Below are positions 13,159 to 27,204 of a stretch of 64,000 bases of DNA, piece after piece. The stretch's first letter is position 1; each line of letters begins with the position of its first letter. The stretch is taken from NCBI GenBank assembly GCA_965153455.1, contig OZ234494.1, positions 12,400,001-12,464,000 on the forward strand. The letters are read 5' to 3'. The notes below the pieces were generated by a model. That model saw nothing but the letters and a program-made list of their open reading frames with translations, did no database searches and had not been told where the DNA came from. The stretch comes from Sphagnum compactum (taxonomy: Eukaryota). A program made the position numbers and the translations under genes.

Positions 13159-16030
13159 TTCTATTACAAACAATTGTTAAGTGCCTTCACACATAGAATT
13201 TCAATAGGCCTACAAATGCAAGCAATTGGCCTACATCTTGTTGTGCCAAAAAGGTGAGACAATTTTGAGTGTTCAAATTAAAACAATAGTACATCGATAA
13301 CTAAGAGGGTAGTAAATTGTTTATCCTAACAACTATTGTGCCCCTATAAATGTCCAACCATCAAGGAATGGATGAATATATAACATACTTTCCAAGCACA
13401 AACATTATGATGTGATAGTTGAAAATTATCTAAGTTGTTTATGCATATATTGTGTTGTAATATCAATAGTTTTTTGGGTTGGCGTGGAACATGGGTGTAT
13501 TGTAAGTACATGTATCATATATTACAAAACATAACGTATTGCGGGCAGACTAAAAAGTTCATTCATTATTTCATGTGGACTTGAGACAAGGTTCAATGTT
13601 TATTAACACATGTTAAAACATGTGAAAGTCAATGATATGATAATAAAGTTATGTTTGCATCAATTTTCTTGTACCTATCTCATTGACACTATTTAAAAAA
13701 ATATGTGTACAAAAGTAGAATTGATCATGCTAGAATTAATTAAAAAGTTCAAAGGATTATGTACAAAGAACTAATTTAGTATGACATGGTCAAAAGATTC
13801 AATTTTGGACTATATTATAGTTTCATCATACTTGAAAATTTTATATTGTTTTAGTTGTGATGAATGTTTTAAAGATGGTGCATTTAAGTTCTACAACAAG
13901 ATTTGGTGACACTGTGAACCTTTGTGCTACATTTGTGATCAAATTCATTTGTTTAGAATGTTTAACACAATCTAGGGTTTTCATTCTTCAAAACCTTCCC
14001 ATGTTAACATTACAAATCAAAAACACCATTTGAACAAATAAATAAAACCATTGGTAGAATAGTTCATGTTTTCATGTTGAACCTTTATCCACGTGGCAAA
14101 ATATTTCTGACTTCATCAAATAATATTTTGTCATGTCACAAAAAGCAAGTCCACATGGCATGAAAATATTTCAATAATATTCAATGATGTGACATGGAAT
14201 ATGCTCCAAACGTTTTTTCTTGCTCACCCACTCACACATTCACCACTTGCTATTTGTTGTTCACCTACTAACGTTGTTGGAATGCACACGAGGATTACTT
14301 GAAAAGTTGTATTTTGTGGCAACTTTGGCAAGGCCCAACAACATTTTAACACAAAATGTCTTTAAAGTAGCAAAAAATCAAACATTTTAGGTGCATGGGA
14401 TGCAAGGAACCAACCACATCACCTTGTCCATAAGCATTGCATTAACATTTGCATCATTTTGATTCATGACTTCCACCAATGGAGTAGGTGCACAAGCAAC
14501 TTGAACCACATTTCTTTTCCATACAACTTTGAAAGTGAAATTCTTGCAACCTTTGCAACTTCCTTTTAGACAAAGACAAAACAAAACAAATCTTCAATTG
14601 AAGGATTTTGCATTTAATGTTTTTTCATCCACAATCAATTGCAAGCCTATAAGTTATGGGCATGTTGAAAAAAATTCATCATTCATGAAAATCATGTGTG
14701 CAACAAATGCAAACAATTGAATATGAACCTACAATGCATGTTATATTCAATATGTCTTTGAAAACAACATGAGGCCCTCCATTGAAAAGTAGTTCACCAA
14801 TCACATAATGTCTTTCACAATGACACAAGTTGCCCTCCAATTCATCACACTCGCACTCACTAAGATCATCTTCCACATCACAATATCCTTCTCCGTCTTC
14901 CCACATAATCTCCTCTACCCTATTTTTCATTATTCCGAACTTTGGAATATACAAAAGGTGAAGGGGGTGTTTCACCTTTGTCCTTCACAACAAACATAAA
15001 TGCCATGACTAACCTAATCCAAATGTCAATCACCAAACCTCAATGTTTAAACATGGGATTGTGTTTGGTTAGGTTGAAGCCCACATCGGATCAAGACACT
15101 TGATATGCCATCATAACACATGTATCAACTAATCCCTTCGAAATTATGATAGATATTTTCAATCCTTGAAGCAACACAAAAGCCCTTTCCAAGATTGGGA
15201 TACACATCTCCAATCCTTGAAGGAAACCAAGAGCAACATGTGATTTGATATAAAAAGAAGTGACTATACATGGCGATGAAAGTATGATCATGTAGGGAAG
15301 GAATGAATGAGCCTTTAGTATCACTATGAAAAATTGTGTTCGCAAAAACCTCACTACCTTACAACTAGGTGTTCGAAGCAACTACTATGCAAACTATCTC
15401 ATGATTGGTTCAAAGAAATATGATATATATATTTTTAAATGCCTTGTTAAAAATTCACAAAGTTTTATTTCAATTGCATGTTAGTTGCAAAATGGATCCT
15501 TACAAGAATGTCATATGCTATGTATATATGGTTGCAGTCAACATACTTTGACGTTGTGCGCAAGTTGCACAAGAATTGTAAAGTGACATTTACCTTACAA
15601 CTAACTTAAATGTAACACTTAGTTGGCAACCACCTTACAACTAACATATGGCTTGGACTCATTGTATGGTCATGCTACATGTATACATTGCAACCATGGC
15701 AATGATGAGCAATTTCAACTCTTTTGCAACTAGTTATCAACTATGGTTCTAAACGATACAACTAATTATGCCAATAGGTTTTCACTATATAAAGACTATT
15801 GTTCCGTTACTTTAGGATTGTTATTCAATTATGTTTTGACTAGCCATGAAATTTGTTGCAATGCATAATATCACATCACTTGCAACAATTATTGTATTAA
15901 CATGCAATTGATGAGTGTGTTAGGGTCTTCTTGTACAATTCTTATGTGATTAAATTGTGACCAACAAAAAATAAAATTTCACCATTACAACTTAAAAGCA
16001 ACTAAACACAATTTTGTTATGGTCTTGTAG

Positions 16031-16850
16031 TGACGCGCTCCTTGGTCCCGGGGTGAACCCACTTGAGGGTTCACCAATGTGAAGTTGCGGAAAGTTGGGA
16101 CCAAAAGGCACGCTCCCGACTTCCAACTCTAGAAAGGGGTAGAGGGTCGAGTTGGAAGCCCCGGGATTAGACTAGGAAGAGGGACTAAATGATCAAGCTT
16201 GAATTTGCATCCAAAAACCAACCACGGAAGGTTAGTTTAGCATTCGGGACACCCTTTGGTGTTGGGACTTGCCACGGGCACTTGGACACACAAGACTCAC
16301 CACGGCCCGGACTCGGGGGAAGCCACCACCTTCCCCCTTATAGTTATCTCTGCAGCTCACCACGGAGGCTACATCCAAATGGCACATTTTGTTGGGACTC
16401 CCGAAATGGAGTCCCGAAACTGTTCCGGCGGGACTCCCGGAACTTTGAACGGCCATAACTCCCGACTCCGGAGTTCGATTGTGACGAGGTCTAAACTAAA
16501 GTTGTAGCCCTCGTCGAGATCTTTTCAACGCCATGTCGCACTCCCTCAGGCGATGTCGGAAAAGGGTCGATTCCCGACTTTTAGTGGTCGGGAGTCAAAC
16601 TGCCAGTTTGACTCCCGGCCCTTCTTTTGCCCATAACTTGGGCTGCAGATCTCCAAATGACCAATGCAAGGCCATTTTCGTTATCTACGTTTCAAGACCT
16701 TTCCAATGACACCAAGAACACCCCAATGAGAGGTGTTTTGGGCCTTGCTGTTGAGCTCTGAACATTCGGGAGTCCCGGAGGACTCCAAACCTCCAACTTT
16801 TCCAAGTGTTGGGCTTCACCCCCACACTTGGACAAAGTGGGGTTGCGACA
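16031..16850. mobile_element. Solo LTR (young, GC-rich) with 5-bp TSD
   Basis: Starts TGACGCG and ends TGCGACA (TG...CA). Identical TGTAG on both flanks (16026-16030, 16851-16855). It is an 820-bp CpG-rich island in AT-rich DNA with no internal domain. Confidence 0.88.
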
Positions 16851-19800
16851 TGTAGTAAGGCACCCTCCAACTACATTGATTTTTTTTTGAGGAAGTATTT
16901 ACCAATGTTGGGTAGTTCTTGACTTTTATGAAGAACTTGGGTTCCAGTTCTTTTAAAAGTTTAGAATGGTTTTGTTTCTAGTTGAAGAAAAGGCCTTGAG
17001 CACCTTTTAGGAATATTGGACGTTCGTGAAACCACATCGCCCTATCTTCATTTGAGGTTTCAAATGAGATTTTAAGATATGATCATTAGCTATCACTCTA
17101 CATCTCTTTCGTTTTCATCGAAGATGAAATCCATAGCAATAGAATCAGACCTAGCTTACAACAAACAATAATTTCCTAGCAATTTCCATCAATAATCCTC
17201 CTTCACACTTGAGGTAAGTTTTAAAAGGCTAGTCATCATTTACATCATGGCAGGGGTTATAATGGAAAGGCAATATGCCAACCATCTTGATTAGTTTGGT
17301 GTTGATTTAGAAGGTGAGCAATTTGCCATGGATGGTCGAATTTTCAAAGACCATGCGAAAGACTTAGTGCAAGTTGTCCAATGGGTACTCTCTGCACACC
17401 TAGGTGTTCTTATATTTTTTCAAGTTATCTCATGCTAGTAAATCTTTGTAAAGTTTTTTAGCATTATTTGTCATGCTAGTTTCCAACAACAAATATGGGA
17501 CAATAGGATTATTTGTCTTGTTCAAGTTGTTTAGACTCTCATTGTGATAGATTCTAAACAAGTGTAAAAACTCCTTGGGAACGAGGTTACAACACAATGA
17601 GGACAAATGTAAGATCTTGCATAGGAATGTGATTATGGTTGGACACTTGATGGGGCAATTTATTGCATGAACTATTGTTGTACATTTGAATCTAAGAAAA
17701 GGCACAATGGACACAATTCTCACCCTTTCTAGCCCTCATAGGTTAGTTGGATATGTTTGAGCTTAGGGTTATTCCTTGTTCTGGTAGGTAGCAAAGTTGG
17801 TTTACAAAATTAGGTTTAAGTTTTTTTGTCCCACCCTCTAGATCTCTTTTGCAACTAAGGGGCAAAACCTGATTCTTCAACCCTAATTTCAATTTGTAGT
17901 ATTTGTCATCTTTTGTTTGATATGGTGATGGCAATTAAGTGTGTCTCACCTTACTTGTAAATTAAAATGAATAATGAACCCATGGGTGAATAAAAAATGG
18001 GGAATGATACTTTTGTCGTATCCATTCTAATCATGAGAAACTCATAACAAGTTGTTACTGAATTGGATCTTCACAGAAGCTACTTGACTTTTGGAGCTGA
18101 AAAAATTGTCCAAGATTCTTGTGCATTGCAATTTGTTGTATGTGCATTTGGTTCAAGTGTACCGTCAAATAATTACTTGACCCTACACGCATCCTTTAAC
18201 ATGTTTAGGAAAAAGGTGCATTAACAATGGTTTCCCAACCCAAGGGCACTGAAAGCTCAAGAGTCTAATGAATCAAATACAACATACCAACAACCAATTA
18301 CTGGCAATGGTGTTGCCCTTCAAAGCACTAACAAAAAAGGGGGTAGCTCACCTAATGCAAGATATCGTTCTAACAATCAAAATTGGAAACAGGTTGCTAG
18401 GGTTACCTCTAATTTTTTACCTCAAGGTGGTCAATGCAACCACCTGATTACTAATAACAGTGGTGAATTCAAATCTCCCACAAAAGTTGGCAAGGGTTAG
18501 ATATGCACTTGCAAATCGGTATCTTTAGTGCAATTTTTTATTTATTTAAGATATATTCACCTATTTTTATGTTCAAGTAATGCATGGTCGGGCTTCTTTG
18601 AGTCCGAAGATGTTGTCAACAATTGAAAACTAATGATGTTTATGGGGAATATTAACATCTAGACCCAATAATAAACAAACAAGCTTGGTTGAGAATTTGG
18701 GAATTTTTTTTTTCTTTTCAAAAATTCATCAAACACTTGTTTTTGGCAACACTACTAGCAATTGTGTCATATGCAACCAACATGTTTGTGATTGGATGTG
18801 ACTACTAGTTGCATGCAACTATTACTGGTTGCTTTTGTGATTAATATTGGAATTCAGATGAAATTTGGTTGTCTTACAACTACTTTGCGACTTCTACCAC
18901 TATCATCCTTCCAAGTGGATGATGTTCATAAGCTCTTTTGCATATATGACATTGTATATACATGTAGTTGCATTGGACATCAATGCAGTTGAAACTAGTG
19001 TGACATGGAGGCCTAGACACAATAACACTAGGGTAGGCATTTAATTAATTAATTAATTACAGGCATTATAATGTGGGGATTTAATTTACACTTTGAAAAA
19101 TGCTTGTTGCACAAATATATATTTTTTCACCAAACTCTCAACAAAAATTTGTTTTAATGTGCTGAATTTGATTTTTAAAACCCAAAAAATGGGTGTGTAT
19201 TTTGAACAAATTGTCAACATTACGTCAATTCATTTTTGGAGGCAACTTTTCAAATAGTGTGTAACAGAAAAAAAAAAAAAAAAAAAAACCAAAGATTTTC
19301 GTTTTTTTCCTTGCTAATTTGCAGCCAAATGTCATTCATATGGGGAAAATCGACAAAGTTTCAAGATCTAAAATCAGTCAAAGGGTGATTTGGAGGACAT
19401 TGATCTAATCTATATCCTTTTTTCCCCATCAAGTAACGGCCTTCATACAATTATGCAAAACATAGTAAATCAAACTAGTTTTTTTATCATGCATTATTCA
19501 AGAGCCTAAAATTTCAATGGGCAATTGAAAACCTATTCAATCTTGTTTGTTTATCCATTCTTCTATCATGCGGCATAACAAAATTAGGTTTAAAAGGTGG
19601 TAGGATTTTCTAGCATAATTTAGAGAGTGTGTTCAATTAATTTGCAGTGAATGAGGGGTGTTCTCATCAAGTCCAAGTCCTCTTTCCAAGACTAAAGATC
19701 TTTTGCCTATAGTTTTTGTTTGCCAAAGTTTTGGACATTATAGTTACGGTTTATTATAATGCTAGTTGGCAAGTCACCTCAAATTTAAATGTGTGAAGAG

Positions 19801-22599
19801 TCTTGGAACTATAGTACTTCCTTCACGAAAGTTGTGGTGGTCATTCTTTCACTTCTACACACCTTGAACCTTAATTGTTCTCCTTTAAAACTCTTATTGC
19901 TTAATTCAAACTCAACAGTTGGGGCATTGACAGAAACCTTTTAAATACAGGTTCCTTCAATAAGAATGCCATCCAAATTGCCTACAAAGTCTATGGCCTT
20001 AAACTAGGAGAAACATGGTGTTTTGAATATGTATGCTAGAAATGGGTGGTGCAAAACTCATTGTAGGTCCTCAAATGCAAGTACTATGGGAGATCTATAA
20101 TGGGAAGCCAAAGACTTATATGATGAAAGATGTAACACCTATAGGAAGTTCTTTAATATTGATTTTTTTTTTGCAATAAGAAAAAACTCATGCTTTGGAA
20201 GTATTGACATGATGTAAGGAAGCAAGAGTAATTTTTGCATTTTTTGGGTTAGAAACTAGCCCCTTAAAGCAATTGTGACCTTATAAGTTTTCCAATTGTG
20301 GTGGCAAATTGGCCTGATTGCATGTTCTATGTAATGTCTTTATTCATGCTTTGGGATCAGACCTACAACATTTTAAGTTCAATAGTAAGAAGCCAAGCGT
20401 GCAAGTACCAATGGTTGAATAACAATTTCCCTCCTTTGTGTCATTTATACCAAAATTTTCACCTTAACAATATTTCTAAGTAGGTCTATTCTCATACTTT
20501 TCTTTTTGTGTGGGACCAAATAGTCTGAGTATATATGTATAAATGATGTATTATGTTTGTGATTGCATTTATTGCTTTGACTTCTTGGTTGAACAAAGAA
20601 TGAATTTCACTATGGAGACTCCCAATGGAAAATTTTCAAGATAAATTTCATCACAAAACTTGTTTTATGGTTCTTGGGACTTGGAACTAACTAATGTTGA
20701 AACCATGTAAAAGTTAAAACTCTTGATAGATTATAACATTTTGATTATGTAGAACCTTTTGGTGTTGAAGTCTATGTGAACAGAAATTGTCATTGTGTGT
20801 TATATGGTTGTAAAGTTAGAATATGTGTATGAAGTCACATGCGGGATTGGAGGCCTTGGAGGCCTTCGGGTGTTCTAAATTGATATCCTTGTGATATTCT
20901 TGATCTGTTAAATACGTTTGTGTTTATATTGGTGTGTTGATGTGCATGTTCCATTTTTCATTGCCATAACTATTTATATTTGTCTTCATGGGCTTCAATG
21001 ATGGTCATGTTTATTAAAGACAAAGGTAGGTAGGTATTTTGCAAGTGAAAAGGTTGTAGGTCTTTTGCATTAGGCTTGGTCATTTTCCTAGTATCCTTTT
21101 TTCACAAGTAGGTCAAGGCTTCTTTGCATTCAAAACACATAAGAGGAAGGGGGGAAAAGAGATTTCTATCTTCGGGTGACACGCAACAATATATACATGA
21201 TCCTAGATATGGACCTTTTAGTTAGTTTCTTTTTTATGCACATTACTATGGGCTATAGGGGGTCATTTTATTATGTTTGTCACTTGATTCTATGGGTTTA
21301 TTTTGTGTGTTTATACAAGTTTGCATAAATTTTGTGTTTTTTCAACATAGACAAATAATATTATAAGGTTTATGTGAATGTTGGATGCGGGTGATTTTGT
21401 GCATCCAACTCTTAAGCTAAGTTAGTTTCTTGCTATAAGTTGGAGAATCCATTTGTAAGATGTTAAGGTTTTCAAAAACAAACTTGTTGTTAGCAATTAT
21501 AATTTGTTGCATCATTGTATTTAACCTCAGATTACTCAATGGTACCTTTCTAAGGTTACATGGTCAACTGTAAGGTGAAATCAATAGGTGACCACCAATT
21601 GTTTATCGCATTAGCTTATGCATCTTTCAAGAGGTGCACAAGAGAAGAAGAAAGGTCATGTACATGCGATGGTTAAGGTGCTGTCCTTTTGAATATAGTT
21701 GGCTTTCCCTTTTCCAAAAGATTGATCCTAACAAATTCCAAAGATAATGTGTGACAAATAGAGTTATGTTACACATTATATGGATGCTAAGCAACTCAAC
21801 TACATTTTTGGGCATGGATCTTGTATTACATACATGGCATATATTTAGTGCAATTGTATTTGAATATGTGAAAATTTGTTAGCCAATATAAATTAATTTT
21901 TTCTTGACAAATGGATAAATGTGAGGTGCTAGTTTTGCTACAATTTTGTCTTAGAAACCTTGTGGAATTGATTTAAACCTCGAATATTGTATTGTGAAAA
22001 CCCTAGTGCACATTTAATATTCTAAATTTTGTCAATGTGTGTCATGGTAGGAAAACATATGTGAGTGAAAGATTACTTGTATTACAATTTTGTATATTTC
22101 AAAGGCATTTAAGAAGGACTATAAGGTATTCATGGGTGCATTTTGGCTTAAAATAATAATAAATGATAGTGTTTTCAAGCTTAGTCAAATTGTCATACTA
22201 ATCATTTGTTTTAGTTTTTTTTGGAATTGACATAATAATTATTTTCAAAATGTCATTGTGGAAATTCTTTTGCAATTTTATATACATCTTCGTAGTTACC
22301 TTCAAGATATCATTGTGAAAATTCCTTCTTGTAATTTGTAAAGGTATTTTAACAGGTTTGATGTGAATGGAATGAAGAGCTCTAACTTTTTGAAATAAAA
22401 ATGCACACTATGCAAATGGGACTATCAATTGAATATCTTACATCCTATTTATTAATTCGTATCATAAACCATGATTACATTTCTAATGCAAGATGGGTAG
22501 ATCAGTTAAAAATATGTAAAAGCTAGCAATGCAAGATGGACTACATCAAGCATTCTAATTCATTGAAGAAACTTCAAAAAATACCTTCAAAAGATATGA

Positions 22600-25500
22600 A
22601 GGCATGTAAAATATGAAACCCAAAAATGACTAAACAAGATGTCATTAAATAAGTTATTAAATACAATCTTCCTGCAAACATATGAGGCACTCTTCGATGG
22701 CACAAAACACAACTACAAGATTTTTTATGCATGGTTAAACAATTTGGCATGCCACATTTTTTTGTAACATTGACATTTGATGAAATGAGTTCATTACGTT
22801 ATGAACAGATTAGTGGCATTGAAAAAACTGTAAAGAAATTACATGCATCATTATATTGGAAATATTGCCTAATGGAATGTGTTGTATTATTCCATACAAG
22901 GGTTGAAAAATTCATGCAATAATTTTTATTATCATCACCCCATTTACTTGGCACTATAAATGAATATGTAATATGTTACGAAATTTAGCAATGTGGTTCA
23001 CTTCATGAACACATCATTCTTTGGGTTGTAGAAAATGACATTGAAAATATCACAAATGAAATCGTTGCTTTTATTCCTACAACATTTTATGACAAATCAA
23101 AGATTATACAACCACAGATGGAATATAAAACAAAATTTACAAAATTGTAATGAAAAGACAACTCCACACATGTGGAAATATATGTATCTTAAATAAACAT
23201 AAAAATCAATGTAAATATGGATTTCCATTCAATGCATAATTGGATCAACAATCTAAATTTAACAAAGTTACACCAATCATAGAGAATATTATCATCCAAG
23301 ATATGAAAATTGCAATGTTGTGTTGTACCATGAATCACTGTTTTTTTAATGGGGTGCCCACCTCAACATCCAACGCATTATTTCTTCATATTGGTCTTAT
23401 TATCTTTTTAAATATTCCATGAAATGTGAACCATATGGAACATTGAATTTAATAATAAAAATGTAAAATGTTTAGGTTTACAAAATGTTTCATAAGTGCA
23501 ATTTCAATTCATATCCTCCTTTATAATCAACATGTTTCTCTTATAGAAGTTGCACTCACATGTTTACAAATACTAGTGGTTAAAAAAAATACAACAATAA
23601 AATACATCAATTTGAAACCTCGTCACATACACACAAAAATCATAACAAAATCAAAAGTTTTAGGATTCCATCCAATATATATTTACAATAATCGACCTAT
23701 TAGTTTTGAAAACATGACCTTTACTCAATATTTAACAAACTTTGAATATGATAAATTACAACATCACACTTTAAAATGTTATGGTCAAGATGACCTGGAA
23801 AACTTCATGCAAGAATAACAAATTAACCAAATTTACAAATTTCCATCCCACATATAACACAAAAGGATTTTTTTACAATGTATTATTACAAAATGTGTCT
23901 TTTTGAAATGAAAATGAATTATTCTCAAGATCAAATTTTAAAAATGATTACATACGTGAATGTTACATTCACCAATTTCTACCATCATTGGACAATTTAC
24001 AAAATATTTAATGAAATACACATATAGAAATCTTTGGAACATTGAAAAGTAAACACAATTACTTGAATAAAATTTAGGAAATCATCCATACCTTGACCCA
24101 AAATATACATAATCAAATCTACAATCAATTTTCTTTTTCATAACAAATAACCAAATGAAATGTAAGCTGTTTCCAAACTTTCACAACACATATTTGGCAC
24201 GCACATTTCCATCATGTAATTAAATGATGAACAAAAAAAGGTGTTGCATTCCATTATTGAAAACACACAAGGTTTGCATATTATCACATGCAAACCTGAT
24301 AGTGACAATTTTTAAAAATAAAATACATCACACAAAATTTACAATTGTTTGGCAAAAATGTACTATTATTAACAACAATAGGAGTTGCATCACTTCTTTT
24401 GAATTTCACTACCACAACGATATCCATTATGTTTCGGATTCCAACACGAAGATATTTGTCTATCCTTTTTGAACCAAGTGCTATCATAGAATGCTTCAAA
24501 AACACACATGTCATAATCATTGATGAAATGTCAATGATGATTAGCAACATGTTGTGCGTAGTTGAACAACCACTAAAACAATCAATGCATTTTGAAAACA
24601 TATCTTGATTCGAAACAAAACTGGTACTAATTGTTGGAAACCTTGTTTAACTACCACCAATTTGAAAACATATTATTCGAAACAATGACATATTATGCAA
24701 AAGTTGCCACATTAAATCTGCCCCATGTTGGAAAATAACAAAACAACATTTCCTATCCATTTCCATGTGTTATGCTACAGATCTTGAATATTTACAATTT
24801 TTCAACATCATATGAAAAAGAAAACCAACAACTAAAGAAATTCAAACAATTTTGTCACAATGTTTTCTAAATAAAAAATATATACATTTGAAATAAACTC
24901 AATTACAAGAATTCTTTGTACATACAAAACAAAATTTGAAGAATACAATAACATTATGTTACATAAACAATTTTCAATCACTGAAATATACCAAGTGAAA
25001 ATAGACACAAATGCTACAAATATTAAACACATTGAACCATGGTTAAATGACAAGATTTCAACCACATAAACAAGATTACTATAAGTGCATTAGTCATGTT
25101 CATTGAGAATGTTAACATACCAAAAGGAGCTGTAAATGGTGCAAGTGCAACTATCACATCTATCATTCTTGATCCTCAAAACAATGTTACATCAATAGAA
25201 GTTCAACTAACAAATAACTCCACAAAAATGATTCTAAAAAAACATTCCTTCCAACACAAATATACATATGATGGATATTTTTATAAAGCATCATTTCCAA
25301 TAGTACTAGCATATGCTATGACAAGTCACAAGTCACAAGGTGCAACAATTGTCACAAAAGTTATTATTGACATGAAAAAAGCTTTCGCACCTGGCCTCAC
25401 ATATGTCATGCTTTCTATAGTCACAAATCAAAACAACTTTAAAATAATTGGAAATCTTACTCCAAATGATTTTACTCCTTGCAATTTCCTAGAAGACTAA
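22600..25500 (+). mobile_element. Decayed Helitron-superfamily RepHel (HUH Rep + PIF1 helicase) pseudogene, Helitron2/Helentron-like
   Basis: Rep motifs: I*GTLRWHKTQLQDFLCMVKQFGMPHFFVTLT, YEI*QCGSLHEHIILW (HUH, ~22977-23024), CKYGFP, and WGAHLNIQ..YWSYYLFKY. PIF1 motifs: IIIDEMSM, LIVGNLV*LPPI, FPIVLAYAMTSHKSQGATI, APGLTYVMLS. Many stops and frameshifts. Confidence 0.85.
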
Positions 25501-27098
25501 AATTATAACAATATTTTTTCATAATTGAAAATTGAAAGTATGTTCCCAATACCTAATTTTTTCACATTTCATTCAATATCTTTATTAATTAAAAATGTAT
25601 ATGTGTAGATATAAACTGTTTAGAATTTTTTTTCATAACTTCAACATGTAACTATATATATATATATATATATGACATTTCAAATTACATTATTTTCACA
25701 AATCTCAATTTAGCTTTAAATACACCTAATAAAGATATTGTTCCATTATAATCACTTCATAGTTAAAATGTCCATATGAAAGTGGTATGTATAAATTATC
25801 TTCACACGTATTTCATGTGGTTACATGCCTATTGGATGACTGTGGTGCTATCCAACTATCCCCATTACAATTTTCAATGTTGCACATTACAACTCATTTC
25901 CTACCTAATCCTCATGAGGTCCAAATTCCAAACACTTCATCCTCCATTTTCATAAACTTATTCTACTCTATTAAATTTTTACTATATAATAACATTTAGT
26001 TCTTGGGTTGTAGGAACTACAAAACACATCTATGACAATTACACATTGAAACAAAGACAACTGATCTCACATGGTTTCCAATTTTGTGAATGTCATGTTA
26101 TAGATAGAAATATTAAACCAGTGCCACATTTCTTATATGTGACACCCATCCTTTATTTTTCTTAAGGCTTTTTAAAGGTCTTTTACAACCTTCAAATTAC
26201 TAAACTTTAACTATCTATGTTGTCCATTATTACCACTAAATTAAAGTGCATGATAACATTTTGTTCTACACTAAGGAATTGTCAGTTTAGTATTAGAAAC
26301 AAAGGAATTAATTGATGCTTTGCGATTTTTTGTCAAGCTCACTAACAATTTCTTTGAGTAAACTCTTGTGTTTACTTTTACAGTAACATTGAGTTTTTGC
26401 ATTACAAGTAGAACAAAACACTTCTATAGCAATAACACATTGAAACGAATATATTAAACCAATGGCACATTTATTATATATGATGCCCATCTTCTACTTT
26501 TCTTAAGGGTTTGTTTAGGTCTTTTACAACCTTCAAATTAGTGAAAGGCTAGTCTCAACTCATAATCACATTTTTACCAACACATTTTTAAAACGTTAAA
26601 GCTTATGTTCTTCAAATAATGACATGTCTTTTATTCATTTCATTTACAAACTTAAAGGCTCAGAAATGAACTTTATTATTTGTTCTTCTTTCCAATTTGG
26701 AGATAATTGTTCCACATGCCAAACACTAAAATAGCAATGCAGATTTTTGATTTCAAATAAACTTTACTTGTTTTCACTTTCCTTCAAAATTAACATTTTA
26801 ACTATATCTTCACCTCGGATCAGGAATTATATTGTATTTTAGTAGCATGCTGCAACTCACTGTTTTACCCTACTATCTAAATCTGACAATTTCAAAAAAC
26901 AATTCCTCAAAATTAGATTTTTTTGGACCATTTTCTTCAAAAAGAACCTTTGCATTTTTATTTTTTATTTTTTATTTATTTTTAAAATTTTAATTATTTT
27001 TTTATTTGTGGGGTCAAAAACACACTATGGTTGTAGCATATTTTGATCTGAAGGTTCCTTCTCTAATGACATCACTAAAAACTGCAGTCAATATCAGG

Positions 27099-27119
27099 TA
27101 AACCCTAAACCCTAAACCC
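27099..27119. repeat. Interstitial plant telomeric repeat (TAAACCC)3 / telo-box upstream of TGD1
   Basis: TAAACCCTAAACCCTAAACCC, about 660 bp upstream of the TGD1 ATG. Confidence 0.8.
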
Positions 27120-27204
27120 AACAGTCAACTGCCAGTTAACCCTAGGTTCCATACAATTTAACCCAACAGTCAACTGCCAGTTAACCCTAGGTTCCATACA
27201 ATTT
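27115..27204. repeat. Perfect 45-bp tandem duplication
   Basis: AACCCAACAGTCAACTGCCAGTTAACCCTAGGTTCCATACAATTT at 27115-27159 and 27160-27204. Confidence 0.9.

Noticed and set aside
14290-15130. Cys-rich minus-strand ORF fragments, a possible transposon protein
   Set aside because: No identifiable domain motif; too decayed to assign.
15390-16030. GTTGCAA/TTGCAAC-rich region ending TCTTGTAG, a possible CACTA element end
   Set aside because: No matching 5' CACTA TIR or 3-bp TSD was found.
17100-18500. Possible L1 ORF1 relic
   Set aside because: Only a vague compositional resemblance; no clear zinc knuckle or RRM motif.
26110-26540. ~90-bp imperfect direct repeat (26111-26199 and 26452-26540)
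   Set aside because: Real, but most simply an internal duplication within decayed TE sequence, with no sign of function.
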